Shown here: piece by piece, positions 9,257-18,591 of the stretch | Layout of the letters: each line of letters begins with the position of its first letter | Position numbering within the stretch: position 1 is the first letter of the stretch | Assembly (NCBI GenBank): GCA_020058085.1 | Contig: JAGVER010000014.1 | Span: forward strand, 33,747-97,746 | Direction: 5' to 3' | Source of the DNA: Candidatus Omnitrophota bacterium | GTDB taxonomy: Bacteria > Omnitrophota > Gorgyraeia > Gygaellales > Profunditerraquicolaceae | Length of the DNA stretch: 64,000 nucleotides | The notes under the pieces: model-generated | Seen by the model: the letters and a program-made list of their open reading frames with translations, nothing else | Database searches by the model: none | What the model was told of the DNA's origin: nothing | Made by a program: the position numbers and the translations under genes

Positions 9257-11106
9257 ATTACTAATTTTATTTTATCCGCGATAGCTTTAGCGGATAATCC
9301 ATATTTTTCTAGTAACAACTCCCTCTGGCCATGAGGGATAAATTTACAGGGAAGTCCTATTTTAATTACGGACTTTGATATAAGATCCTCTAGCGCGCCA
9401 CCAAATCCTGAATCTATTATCCCCTCTTCCGCAGTAAAAATAAACTTAGATTTATTGCCTAAGGCTCGGAAGGATTCAATATCTAACGGCTTGGCAAAAC
9501 GCGCATTGATTACTGCACCTGAATAGCCTTCTTTTTTAAGCAACTCTGCTGCCTCTAAAGAGGACGAGACCATACTTCCCAAAGCAATAATCGCAAAATC
9601 AACCCCTTCTCTTAAAATCTCCGGTTTACCTAATTCAATCTTGGATACCGTTTTGTTATCCGACAGAGAATCAATCTCCCCTCTGGGATACCTTATCGCT
9701 ACCGGCTTATTTAAACGAAGAGCAAATTCCAGCATCTCCTTAAGCTCTTCTCCATCCTTAGGCGCCATATTCACCAAGCCTGGAACAGTATTTAAAAAAC
9801 TAATATCGAATATACCTTGATGCGTAACTCCATCTTCCCCTACAATCCCTGCGCGGTCAATACAAAAAACAACGGGTAGATTCTGTAAGGCTACATCCTC
9901 AATAATCTGGTCATATGCCCTCTGCAGAAATGTGGAATATAAAGCTACCACTGGCTTAAGGCCACCTTTAGCTAAACCGGCGGAGAAAGTAACCGCGTGT
10001 GACTCGGCAATCCCCACATCAAAAAATCTCTCAGGAAAACTATCGCGAAATTTATCCAAACCTGTACCTTCAGGCATAGCCGCGGTAATCGCGACAATTT
10101 TATTATCCAGCCTGGCTAACTCTAACAACTTTTCTCCAAACACTTCAGTATAGCTCTTCTTACCCCCTGTTTTAGTTATGGCTGCGCCGGTCTGAATATC
10201 AAAAGGCCCTGTCCCGTGGAATCTCACCGGATCGCGTTCTGCTGCAAAATAACCTTTTCCTTTTTTAGTGACGATATGCAGTATACGCGGGCCTTTGATA
10301 TTTAATATATTCTTTAAAGCGGGTATTAACAAATCCAAATTATGGCCATCTAATGGCCCAAAATAACGAAAACCTAATTCCTCAAAGAGGACTCCCGGTA
10401 TAAACAGCCCCTTTAAACCTTCCTCAAATTTACTCGCTAATTTAAGCAACCTCTCCGCACGCGGCCCACGGGAGGAAAGAAAATTAACCAAAGATTCCCT
10501 AAAGTGATTATATACTGGCAAAGATATAATCTTATTCAAATAATTACTTATCGCGCCTACATTAGGAGCAATGCTTAATTCATTGGTATTTAAGATTACT
10601 AAAATATCTTTTTTAAGGTGGCCGGCATTATTTAAACCCTCAAAACATAACCCTCCGCTTAAAGAGCCGTCTCCTATAACAGCTACAACTTTAAAAGACC
10701 CTGCGGGAGGGATGCGGTCTCTTGCGCAAACCAAACCCAAAGCCAAGGAAACTGCGCTTGATGAATGTCCGGTAGTAAAGACATCGAACTCCGACTCATC
10801 CTTGAGGGGGAAACCGCTTAACCCTTCATATTGCCTAAGAGTTGAAAAAACCTCTGCCCTTCCGGTAATTATTTTATGCGCATAGGCCTGATGGCCTACA
10901 TCAAAAATTATCTTATCCGTTGGAGTATTTAAACAATAATGCAAAGCAATAATCAATTCTACTGCGCCAAGACTTGAGGCAAGATGCCCGCCATTAAGAG
11001 AAACGGCCTCTATCATCTTCTGGCGTATCTCTGAAGCTAACTTCACCAAGTCTTCGTTTTTAAACTTCCTTAGATCTTGCGGTGAATTGATCTTTTCCAA
11101 AAACAT
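9244..11106 (-). CDS. dxs: 1-deoxy-D-xylulose-5-phosphate synthase
   Basis: GGHLASSLG, DVGHQAY, IGDG, YSTFLQRAYDQ, DRAG. Confidence 0.97.
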   Translation of the reverse strand: MFLEKINSPQDLRKFKNEDLVKLASEIRQKMIEAVSLNGGHLASSLGAVELIIALHYCLNTPTDKIIFDVGHQAYAHKIITGRAEVFSTLRQYEGLSGFPLKDESEFDVFTTGHSSSAVSLALGLVCARDRIPPAGSFKVVAVIGDGSLSGGLCFEGLNNAGHLKKDILVILNTNELSIAPNVGAISNYLNKIISLPVYNHFRESLVNFLSSRGPRAERLLKLASKFEEGLKGLFIPGVLFEELGFRYFGPLDGHNLDLLIPALKNILNIKGPRILHIVTKKGKGYFAAERDPVRFHGTGPFDIQTGAAITKTGGKKSYTEVFGEKLLELARLDNKIVAITAAMPEGTGLDKFRDSFPERFFDVGIAESHAVTFSAGLAKGGLKPVVALYSTFLQRAYDQIIEDVALQNLPVVFCIDRAGIVGEDGVTHQGIFDISFLNTVPGLVNMAPKDGEELKEMLEFALRLNKPVAIRYPRGEIDSLSDNKTVSKIELGKPEILREGVDFAIIALGSMVSSSLEAAELLKKEGYSGAVINARFAKPLDIESFRALGNKSKFIFTAEEGIIDSGFGGALEDLISKSVIKIGLPCKFIPHGQRELLLEKYGLSAKAIADKIKLVICPR

Positions 11107-11342
11107 TATTTTTCTTCTTCCTCTTCTTCGAATTTCTCAAGCGTATATTTACCGTCATTTTTCATTAAGGACTCAACCTTACGCTGCGCCTCCTCCAGAA
11201 GAGAAGAACAACTCTGGGAGAGCTTTACCCCTTCCTCGTATTTCTTAAGCGACTCCCCGAGAGTAAGCTTGCCGCTGGATAATTCTTCTACAATCTTCTG
11301 CAGACGCTTTAAATCATCCTCAAATGATTGTTTTTCTTTCAT
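11106..11342 (-). CDS. xseB: Exodeoxyribonuclease VII small subunit (start corrected to MKEKQSF)
   Basis: FEDDLKRLQKIVEEL...SLKKYEEG; SD AAGGAG; adjacent to xseA. Confidence 0.93.
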   Translation of the reverse strand: MKEKQSFEDDLKRLQKIVEELSSGKLTLGESLKKYEEGVKLSQSCSSLLEEAQRKVESLMKNDGKYTLEKFEEEEEEK

Positions 11343-11349
11343 CTTATTT

Positions 11350-11440
11350 CTCCTTGCGCAGAAAGGGCACACCGGCAAATCTGCCGCAGTAGGCGGCATA
11401 CCCGCCATTCCAATATGGCGGGGTACATTAAGGCCGGGTG
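11350..11440 (-). repeat. Structured intergenic repeat family R1, long form, copy A
   Basis: 11367-11440 identical over 74 bp to 16794-16867; outer stem with two nested hairpins; ends in SD AAGGAG. Confidence 0.9.
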
Positions 11441-12676
11441 CTAATTAATTTCATTTTTTATAATCTCCTCAACCTTACTGATAAAACCACCTCTGCTGAG
11501 AATAGTCTTTATTCTATCCCCGGGATTAATCTTAAGCGTATCTTTAACAACAACCCCATCAACCTGCCGCATACTTAAACTATACCCGCGCGACAAAACT
11601 GCCAGAGGGCTAAGCGCTTCCAACCTCTCAATCGACGACCCTAGCCTCTCACGGGTAATATTGATTCTCTGCCGGACATTATTATTCAGGGCTACGGTTA
11701 GCTCATCTAAGAATTGCCCTTTCTCATCAAGGCGATCTGCCGGACTCTTTAAACTATGCTTAAGACGGGTAACTTCATTCTTAAAAGAATTAATTATATT
11801 AAAAACAGAAAAACCCAATTCGTGTTTTAAACCCGCCAATTCGGCTAATAAATGATTCTTCTTGTCCACGATGATCTTAGCAGCAGCCGTAGGAGTTTCA
11901 ACAAAGAGATCCGCCGCTAGATCGCAAAGACTTGTATTTATCTGATGTCCCACAGCCGAAATTATTGGTATCTTGGAATTATATACCGCGCGTGCGCAAA
12001 CCTCTTCATTAAATGCCCAAAGGTCCTCTCTGCTCCCGCCGCCGCGGCTGACAATAATAATGTCGACTGCGCTGGCTTCGCCGGCTTTATTAAACTCATT
12101 GAGTTCTTCTATGCCTTTAGCTATTTCAAGGGCAGCCCCTGTACCCTGTACGCGCACAGAACGTATTATTACGTCTACGCCACTAGCTCCTTTTTTAAGT
12201 ATCCCCAGTATATCGCGGATAGCAGCGCCTGCGCCTGAAGTAACTATGCCTACACTAAAAGGCATAAGTGGGAGTTCTTTTTTCCGCAGAGGATCAAATA
12301 GGCCTTCTTTGGAGAGCCTCTCTTTTAACTGCTCAAATGCCAGTTGCCGAGCCCCTATCCCTTTAGGCTCTATTCTTTCTACGATAAGCTGATATTGTCC
12401 GCGCGGGCCATAAACATCAACCTTGCCAAAACAGATAACCTTAATTCCGTCTTCAAGTTTAAATTTTACTTCTCGGTTTATCCGAGAAAACATTGCCGCG
12501 CTTAAAACAGACTTCTCATCTTTTAAAGAAAAATAAGAATGCCCGGAAGAAGCTGCCTTAAAATTAGAGATCTCTCCCTCAACCCAAACCCCCAATCCAA
12601 AAGTATTCTCAAAAATAACCTCGATCTCTTGGGTAATTTTAGTAACGGTGTAAATATACTTACTTTCCTGCGGCAT
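11441..12676 (-). CDS. xseA: Exodeoxyribonuclease VII large subunit
   Basis: WVEGEISNF, GH.YFSLKD, RGGGS.EDLWAFNEE, SAVGH; start MPQESK preferred. Confidence 0.96.
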   Translation of the reverse strand: MPQESKYIYTVTKITQEIEVIFENTFGLGVWVEGEISNFKAASSGHSYFSLKDEKSVLSAAMFSRINREVKFKLEDGIKVICFGKVDVYGPRGQYQLIVERIEPKGIGARQLAFEQLKERLSKEGLFDPLRKKELPLMPFSVGIVTSGAGAAIRDILGILKKGASGVDVIIRSVRVQGTGAALEIAKGIEELNEFNKAGEASAVDIIIVSRGGGSREDLWAFNEEVCARAVYNSKIPIISAVGHQINTSLCDLAADLFVETPTAAAKIIVDKKNHLLAELAGLKHELGFSVFNIINSFKNEVTRLKHSLKSPADRLDEKGQFLDELTVALNNNVRQRINITRERLGSSIERLEALSPLAVLSRGYSLSMRQVDGVVVKDTLKINPGDRIKTILSRGGFISKVEEIIKNEIN

Positions 12677-14423
12677 CTTTATTCGATTCCTTATCCGTCT
12701 CAAGCGCAGGCGCGACCGAGGCTGGGTCCGGCGCCGGGGGAGCCGGCTTCTTTTTTAATATAATCAAATTTACAGAATAAGGAGTGAGCTTCAAATCTTC
12801 CTGATACAAATCTTGGATAGATATCTCCTTCTCTTCAACCGGCTTAAATTCACAATTTAGACTACAGGAAGAATCAACTATAAAGCGGCTATAAGAATAT
12901 CCCTCCTTGATACCTTTAATGCTAATTTTGAGATTACGGGATGAATCTAGAGACTCTTTAGCCCTATCTGCTAATTCTTGGGACTTATTTAGCAAAACTT
13001 TAACTTTAGGTTCAGCGCGCAATAAGGCTATATCTTGTTCATGCGCAATAAATTTACCTAACTGGCCCGTCCTGATAATCTGCAGTAAAGACTGCCTCTC
13101 GGGGACATTAAGCCCTGCGATGTTTCGGGCAAGATAATTCTTGGCAATCTCGGGATCAATATAATTATAAATGAGAATACAAATTTCATCGGATGACTTT
13201 GTAGCGATAGCCCCGACAAACTCATCATCAATTTTAATCGAGAACGCATTCGAGCCTAGCTTACCCAACATTCTGAATACATTATAGGCAGCTTTATGCC
13301 CTCCCTTATATTGCGCGCGCTCGGAATCAAAATAAAAAACTCCGACATTCCTAGTAACATTCTCTGGATTGTTTCCAAAATCCTCTAAAGAAAAATAAAC
13401 CTGATTATCAAGGCCGGCCTCAAACATATTATTAATGCGTGCCGGTATATAACTTGCCGCAATATAAGACTCGCTTCTCCTTGCAGGTAACAGATTAACA
13501 TCAAGATCAAAATTCCATTCATCTATAATTAAGGACGTATCGCGCTTAAAATTAAAATACGAAAGCCAATCCCGAATAAGCTCCACCGCATTTTTATTAT
13601 ATATAGTGATCTCTTTTTCTGTTTTCGGGTCAGATGAAAAGGCGTGCCAAGTAATAAAATTCAAGGATAGCTTTTCAGAAGAACAGAATTTAATTAATTC
13701 ATAAATTAAGCTCTTTTCAGGGGTAAGAATATTATTACTCTCCAGATTATGAAACCATCCGCTAGGGCTCGGGGCACCCACGGGTATATTAATCTTAAAT
13801 TGGGCCCCTAGTTCTTTTGCGCTTTCAGAGATGACTCTATACATATTGAAATAATCTTGTGTTCGACCAATGAAAAAATCATCTAAATCAGGAGCAGCCC
13901 AGACCTCATACCATATATTATATTTCTTTTCACAACTTAAATATCTCATCGTATCCTTGACTAGCGTCTTAAAAGCCACTAGATTAAGTGGTGCGCTTTT
14001 TTTATCCAATGCTTTACCTAATCCCGCGGGGGTGCCAAATATATCAAGTATAACTGTCCCGCCGGCGTCTGAAATATTTTTTATCGCATCTTCGTAATTA
14101 GCCAGGAGTTTATCTTGTGCCACCTTATCTTTGGCCAGTTGATTAATCTCCCAAAGGTTGTACTGCATACGATAAAGGCTGGCAAAACTTATATCCTTAC
14201 GCCATAGGTCCAAAACATCTTTAGCAGCCAAGCCCTGCGGCCAAAAATTATCATGATGAAAACCTCGCCCTCCCAAATCAATATTGGGCTTAAAAATCGT
14301 AGGAGTAGGTGTAGTACTCGAAGTGATATCTAAGGCGAGTTCAAGGTTAACCTCTTGGGCAAAAAGAGGAGTACAAAAATAAAATAATGAAGCTACTAAG
14401 ACCAATCTTAACAATTGCCGCAT
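12660..14423 (-). CDS. Exported GH39-like (clan GH-A) protein, acid/base motif degenerate
   Basis: Signal peptide; WYEVWAAPDL (family consensus EVWNEPD), FITWH, IIDEWN; start MRQLLR preferred. Confidence 0.6.
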   Translation of the reverse strand: MRQLLRLVLVASLFYFCTPLFAQEVNLELALDITSSTTPTPTIFKPNIDLGGRGFHHDNFWPQGLAAKDVLDLWRKDISFASLYRMQYNLWEINQLAKDKVAQDKLLANYEDAIKNISDAGGTVILDIFGTPAGLGKALDKKSAPLNLVAFKTLVKDTMRYLSCEKKYNIWYEVWAAPDLDDFFIGRTQDYFNMYRVISESAKELGAQFKINIPVGAPSPSGWFHNLESNNILTPEKSLIYELIKFCSSEKLSLNFITWHAFSSDPKTEKEITIYNKNAVELIRDWLSYFNFKRDTSLIIDEWNFDLDVNLLPARRSESYIAASYIPARINNMFEAGLDNQVYFSLEDFGNNPENVTRNVGVFYFDSERAQYKGGHKAAYNVFRMLGKLGSNAFSIKIDDEFVGAIATKSSDEICILIYNYIDPEIAKNYLARNIAGLNVPERQSLLQIIRTGQLGKFIAHEQDIALLRAEPKVKVLLNKSQELADRAKESLDSSRNLKISIKGIKEGYSYSRFIVDSSCSLNCEFKPVEEKEISIQDLYQEDLKLTPYSVNLIILKKKPAPPAPDPASVAPALETDKESNKDAAGK

Positions 14424-14424
14424 C

Positions 14425-15210
14425 TTAAACATTTAACTTTTCCTGAATCCTTAAAATAGAGTGTGCCTTACCGCTTTTATCATCTACGTCTACTACCACC
14501 CCATGCAACTGAATATTTTCTTCCGCTACTTCAAATCTTACCGGAATAGAAGTGAGAAACCGAGTTAAAACATCATCTACTTTTCTGCCAATAACCGAGT
14601 CATATGGCCCGGCCATCCCTACGTCGGTAATGTAAGCTGTGCCTTGAGGCAGAATCCTTTCATCCGCAGTCTGAATATGGGTATGCGTGCCTAAAACAGC
14701 GGAAACTTTTCCGTCGAGATACCAACCTAAAGCCACTTTCTCTGAAGTCGCCTCAGCATGGATATCTACAATAATTATTTTTGTCTCTTTGACTAGCTCT
14801 TCTTGCGCAGCCAATACACTCTTAAAGGGGCATTCCAACGCATCCATAAATACCCTGCCATTAACATTAATCACGCCAAGCTTCTCTCCGGATTTAGTTT
14901 TAAATATACTACTTCCTCTTCCAGGAGCGCCAGCCGGATAATTAAGCGGCCTTAAGATTCTCTCTTCCTGATTAATCAATTCAAATATCTCCTTCTTCTT
15001 CCAAATATGATCCCCGGAAGTCAATACATCCACTCCGGAATTAAATAACTCTTCCGCTACCTTTTGAGTAATGCCTGAACCACCCGAGGAATTTTCGGCA
15101 TTGGCAATTACAAAATCGAGAGAATGCCTTGTTTTCAATATAGGCAGAAGCTTATCCACTGCTTCTCTCCCCGGGCTACCGACTATGTCTCCAATAAATA
15201 GTATTTTCAT
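14425..15210 (-). CDS. ymdB: YmdB/TIGR00282-family metallophosphoesterase
   Basis: GDIVG, NAEN, DIHAEATSEK, GTHTH, TDVGM; follows rny. Confidence 0.93.
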   Translation of the reverse strand: MKILFIGDIVGSPGREAVDKLLPILKTRHSLDFVIANAENSSGGSGITQKVAEELFNSGVDVLTSGDHIWKKKEIFELINQEERILRPLNYPAGAPGRGSSIFKTKSGEKLGVINVNGRVFMDALECPFKSVLAAQEELVKETKIIIVDIHAEATSEKVALGWYLDGKVSAVLGTHTHIQTADERILPQGTAYITDVGMAGPYDSVIGRKVDDVLTRFLTSIPVRFEVAEENIQLHGVVVDVDDKSGKAHSILRIQEKLNV

Positions 15211-15212
15211 CT

Positions 15213-16769
15213 TTACTTAGCATACTCGATCGCGCGAGTCTCTCTAATAACCGTCACCTTAATCTGACCAGGGTATTCCATGCCTTCTTCTATTTTCTTA
15301 CGAATATCCCTAGCCATAGCCGTAGCTTCGCTGTCTGTTATCTTCTCCGGCTGAACAATTACGCGGATCTCGCGGCCAGCCTGAATAGCAAATGATTTAT
15401 CTACCCCTTTAAAAAGATTAGCTATGGCCTCTAATTTTTCAAGCCTCTTGATATATGTTTCTAAGGTTTCCCGCCGAGCTCCCGGGCGAGAGGCGCTTAT
15501 GGCATCTGCGGCTATTGCTAAAACTCCGTAAATACTCTGTATCGGCGCTTCCTCATGATGCGACTCGATTGCTGCTACTACTTCAACAGACTCTCCATAT
15601 TTCTTGGCTAAATCTGCTCCTAACTTAGCATGTGTCCCTTCAACCTGATGATCAACTGCTTTTCCTATATCATGCAAAAGCCCTACTCTCCGCGCTAATT
15701 TAAAATCAAGGCCTAATTCTGTAGCCATCGAGCCCAAAAGAAATGACGCTTCCTTAGAATGCTGAAGAGCGTTTTGGCCAAAACTTGTACGATACTTAAG
15801 CCTACCAAGTAATTTAATTATCTCGGGATGCAGGCCATTTACCCCTGCCTCAAATGCCACGCGCTCTCCTTCTTCGCGTATTTTTTCATCCATCTCTTTC
15901 TTGGTCTTCTCAACTATCTCCTCAATCCTACCCGGATGAATCCTCCCGTCAGCAAGAAGTTTCTCTAAACTTAAACGGGCAATCTCCCTGCGCACAGCAT
16001 CAAAAGCAGATATGGTCACTGCTTCAGGGGTATCATCAATAATTACATCTACACCCGTGGCCATCTCAAAGGCACGAATATTTCTACCTTCGCGGCCAAT
16101 GACCCTTCCCTTCATTTCATCGTTAGGCAGAGCAACTACACTTACCGTAGATTCAACCGTATGTTCAGCCGCGCATTTTTGTATTGCCAGGCTCAAAATT
16201 TCTCTCGCTTTTTTATCCGAGGTAACGCGCAATTCTTCTTCCTGTTTTCTAATTAATGCCGCCTTTTCATTGCTCAACTCTTCATTAAGGCGGCTTAAAA
16301 GAATCTGCTTTGCCTCTTCAGCCGAAAGTGAGGATATTTTTTGCAGCCTTTCTTTTTCTTCAGCAATCAATAAATGTAACTGATTATCCTTGAGCTTCAT
16401 CCCATCTTCCTGCTTTTTAATCCCCTCGTGCTTTAAATCAAGCTCTTTTTCCTTTTTCTCTAAGAGGTCGAGTCTTCTATCAATATTTTCTTCTTTCTGG
16501 GTAAACCTCTTCTCCATATTAGAGATCTCTAAACGCCTATCCTTAGTTTCACGCTCAAAGTCCTGACGCACTCGGTAGAGAAGATCTTTTGCCTCTAGCT
16601 CTGCTTCCCTGCGCTTATCAATTGCTTCTTTTCTTGCTTGTTCTAATATATGTCCTGCTTGAGATTCGGCATCCTGAATTTTCTTTTCAGCCACATGTTT
16701 TCTTAAAACATAGCCGATTGCGGCAGCTATAAAAGCCACAACTATAGATACAATAGCGCTAATCAACAT
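15213..16769 (-). CDS. rny: Ribonuclease Y (start corrected to MLISAIV)
   Basis: N-terminal TM, coiled coil, KH (KGRVIGREGRNIR), HD (LLHDIGK), C-terminal IRETRA. Confidence 0.97.
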   Translation of the reverse strand: MLISAIVSIVVAFIAAAIGYVLRKHVAEKKIQDAESQAGHILEQARKEAIDKRREAELEAKDLLYRVRQDFERETKDRRLEISNMEKRFTQKEENIDRRLDLLEKKEKELDLKHEGIKKQEDGMKLKDNQLHLLIAEEKERLQKISSLSAEEAKQILLSRLNEELSNEKAALIRKQEEELRVTSDKKAREILSLAIQKCAAEHTVESTVSVVALPNDEMKGRVIGREGRNIRAFEMATGVDVIIDDTPEAVTISAFDAVRREIARLSLEKLLADGRIHPGRIEEIVEKTKKEMDEKIREEGERVAFEAGVNGLHPEIIKLLGRLKYRTSFGQNALQHSKEASFLLGSMATELGLDFKLARRVGLLHDIGKAVDHQVEGTHAKLGADLAKKYGESVEVVAAIESHHEEAPIQSIYGVLAIAADAISASRPGARRETLETYIKRLEKLEAIANLFKGVDKSFAIQAGREIRVIVQPEKITDSEATAMARDIRKKIEEGMEYPGQIKVTVIRETRAIEYAK

Positions 16770-16776
16770 GGAATTC

Positions 16777-16867
16777 CTCCTTGAACAGTAAGTGCACACC
16801 GGCAAATCTGCCGCAGTAGGCGGCATACCCGCCATTCCAATATGGCGGGGTACATTAAGGCCGGGTG
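16777..16867 (-). repeat. Repeat family R1, long form, copy B
   Basis: 74 bp identical to copy A; ends in the SD of rny. Confidence 0.9.
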
Positions 16868-16900
16868 TTAGGAAATAAACTTAAAAGATTTTTGTTGTCT

Positions 16901-17443
16901 TTAAGCGAAGAGGACTTTTTTGACGCTTACATCAGAGGAATTAATAGGAACAACTGGTAAGATTTGCAGTCGATATGCCAAACCAATTGACGGAGTATCT
17001 TTAGGGATCTTGCTTAAGAAGCGGTCGTAATAACCTTTCCCCCGGCCAAGGCGGTTACCCTTCTTATCAAAGGCAACACCCGGGGTAATTACTAAATCCA
17101 AGTCTTTTAAAGCTATAAATCGGCTTGTTACTGGCTCGGATACTCCATAAGGGCCCTTCTTTAGATGCGCAAAACTATCCAAGAGGGCCGGCCTTAAAGA
17201 TGTTCTATTTTTTATACAAACTGGCACGGCAATAATCTTACCTAAACTTTTAGCTGCTTCTATCATCTCTTTAGTTTCAACCTCGCCTTTTAAAGCGATG
17301 TAAAACATCACTCTCTTTGCTTTCTTAAAAACCGACTGTTTAAAAAGTTTCTCCTTAATTAAACAACTTTTTATACTACGGTCCTCCTTCTTCTGTTTTG
17401 ATAACTTGAGTAAGATTTTACTACGTATTTCTTGTTTTGTCAA
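16901..17443 (-). CDS. 5-formyltetrahydrofolate cyclo-ligase (probable TTG start)
   Basis: K..IR N-terminus, DLVITPGVAFD..GNRLGRGKGYYDRFL. Confidence 0.92.
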   Translation of the reverse strand: MTKQEIRSKILLKLSKQKKEDRSIKSCLIKEKLFKQSVFKKAKRVMFYIALKGEVETKEMIEAAKSLGKIIAVPVCIKNRTSLRPALLDSFAHLKKGPYGVSEPVTSRFIALKDLDLVITPGVAFDKKGNRLGRGKGYYDRFLSKIPKDTPSIGLAYRLQILPVVPINSSDVSVKKVLFA

Positions 17444-17456
17444 CCCAACTTCCGAC

Positions 17457-17894
17457 TTACAAACACTTCTCGTTTTCATGAGTATGGCCTTTATCCTCAA
17501 AAGGAATAGGCTTACCTTGTTTAGTATAATAATCTTTTAAGGCAGAACGCAACGCTTCTTCTGCTAATACCGAACAGTGCATTTTAACCGGCGGAAGCCC
17601 ACCTAATGCCTCGGCTACCGCTTTATTACTAATCTTTAAGGCTTCTTCAATAGTCTTACCTTTGACCATCTCCGTTACCATGGAACTCGTGGCCACAGCC
17701 GCGCCACACCCATACGTCTTAAACTTAATATCAATAATAATATTGTTCTCTATTTTTAAGAACATCTTCATTACATCCCCGCAGATAGGATTCCCGACGG
17801 TGCCGATACCACTGGCATCAGAAATTTCTCCCACATTTCTGGGATTGGTAAAATGATCCATTACTTTTTCGCTATAGGGTAATTGCCCGCTCAT
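17457..17894 (-). CDS. iscU: Fe-S cluster scaffold, IscU/NifU-N family
   Basis: YSEKVMDHF.NPRN, GNPICGD, GCGAA, PPVKMHCS. Confidence 0.93.
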   Translation of the reverse strand: MSGQLPYSEKVMDHFTNPRNVGEISDASGIGTVGNPICGDVMKMFLKIENNIIIDIKFKTYGCGAAVATSSMVTEMVKGKTIEEALKISNKAVAEALGGLPPVKMHCSVLAEEALRSALKDYYTKQGKPIPFEDKGHTHENEKCL

Positions 17895-17906
17895 TTTTAC
17901 CTTTTC

Positions 17907-18560
17907 TTATTTTGCTATTAATAACTTATGTGGTTTAGCGGATTTCTTATAATCTTTGGGATTGCGGATTTCTCTAAGAGACTCGAGTTTTTTATTTTTT
18001 TCTAATTCTTTATAAATTAAAACCCAGGCGCAATCCCGTTCGTTATCCACTTCACACTTTCCCTTATTCATCCCTCCGCATGGGCCATTTAAAAGCCCTT
18101 TGGAGCAAAGAGTAACCGGACAAATCCCCGCGGTTAGATCTAAAACACATTCACCACACATAGAACATTTTTCATAGAAATTACCTTTAGTATCCATTAC
18201 TGCGCCAAAGATAGTATTGCAAGCAGGAAATACCACTAGGCCAAATCTATCGTTATCTTTAAATGACTGAACTCCTAAACCACAGGCTAAAACTAAAACC
18301 GCATCTGCCTCGCGCAAGGCCTTCATATTTTTCGCTAGTTCTGCCTTGAGTTTGGCGGCCACGCATGGCGCAGAAGGGATACAGCTTCCGGTTACAGCTT
18401 TCCCGGCGGCCTCTAGATCCTTCTTGATTTTAAGAACCTCTGGTTCCCCTCCGGTCTTACAGGCAGTAGCGCATTCTCCACAGCCGATAATGAATATTTT
18501 AGAGTAGCTTTTTAAGCTATCTATAATACTCTTAATAGGTTTAAGCTCTGTTATAATCAT
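17907..18560 (-). CDS. Methylenetetrahydrofolate reductase C-terminal-domain Fe-S/Zn protein (MetV-like)
   Basis: GCGECATAC, CSMCGEC, CP...C.KGLLNGPCGG, C...ERDCAW. Confidence 0.85.
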   Translation of the reverse strand: MIITELKPIKSIIDSLKSYSKIFIIGCGECATACKTGGEPEVLKIKKDLEAAGKAVTGSCIPSAPCVAAKLKAELAKNMKALREADAVLVLACGLGVQSFKDNDRFGLVVFPACNTIFGAVMDTKGNFYEKCSMCGECVLDLTAGICPVTLCSKGLLNGPCGGMNKGKCEVDNERDCAWVLIYKELEKNKKLESLREIRNPKDYKKSAKPHKLLIAK

Positions 18561-18591
18561 GTAGAAATTTTAGCACTAATCCCGGCCATTC

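Noticed and set aside
11343-16835. Identical N-terminal extensions MAGMPPTAADLPVC on XseB and RNase Y (and MCYCTRR on L20 and ParB) as a shared leader peptide
   Set aside because: They are translations of repeat R1; a strong SD lies downstream, before the conserved starts
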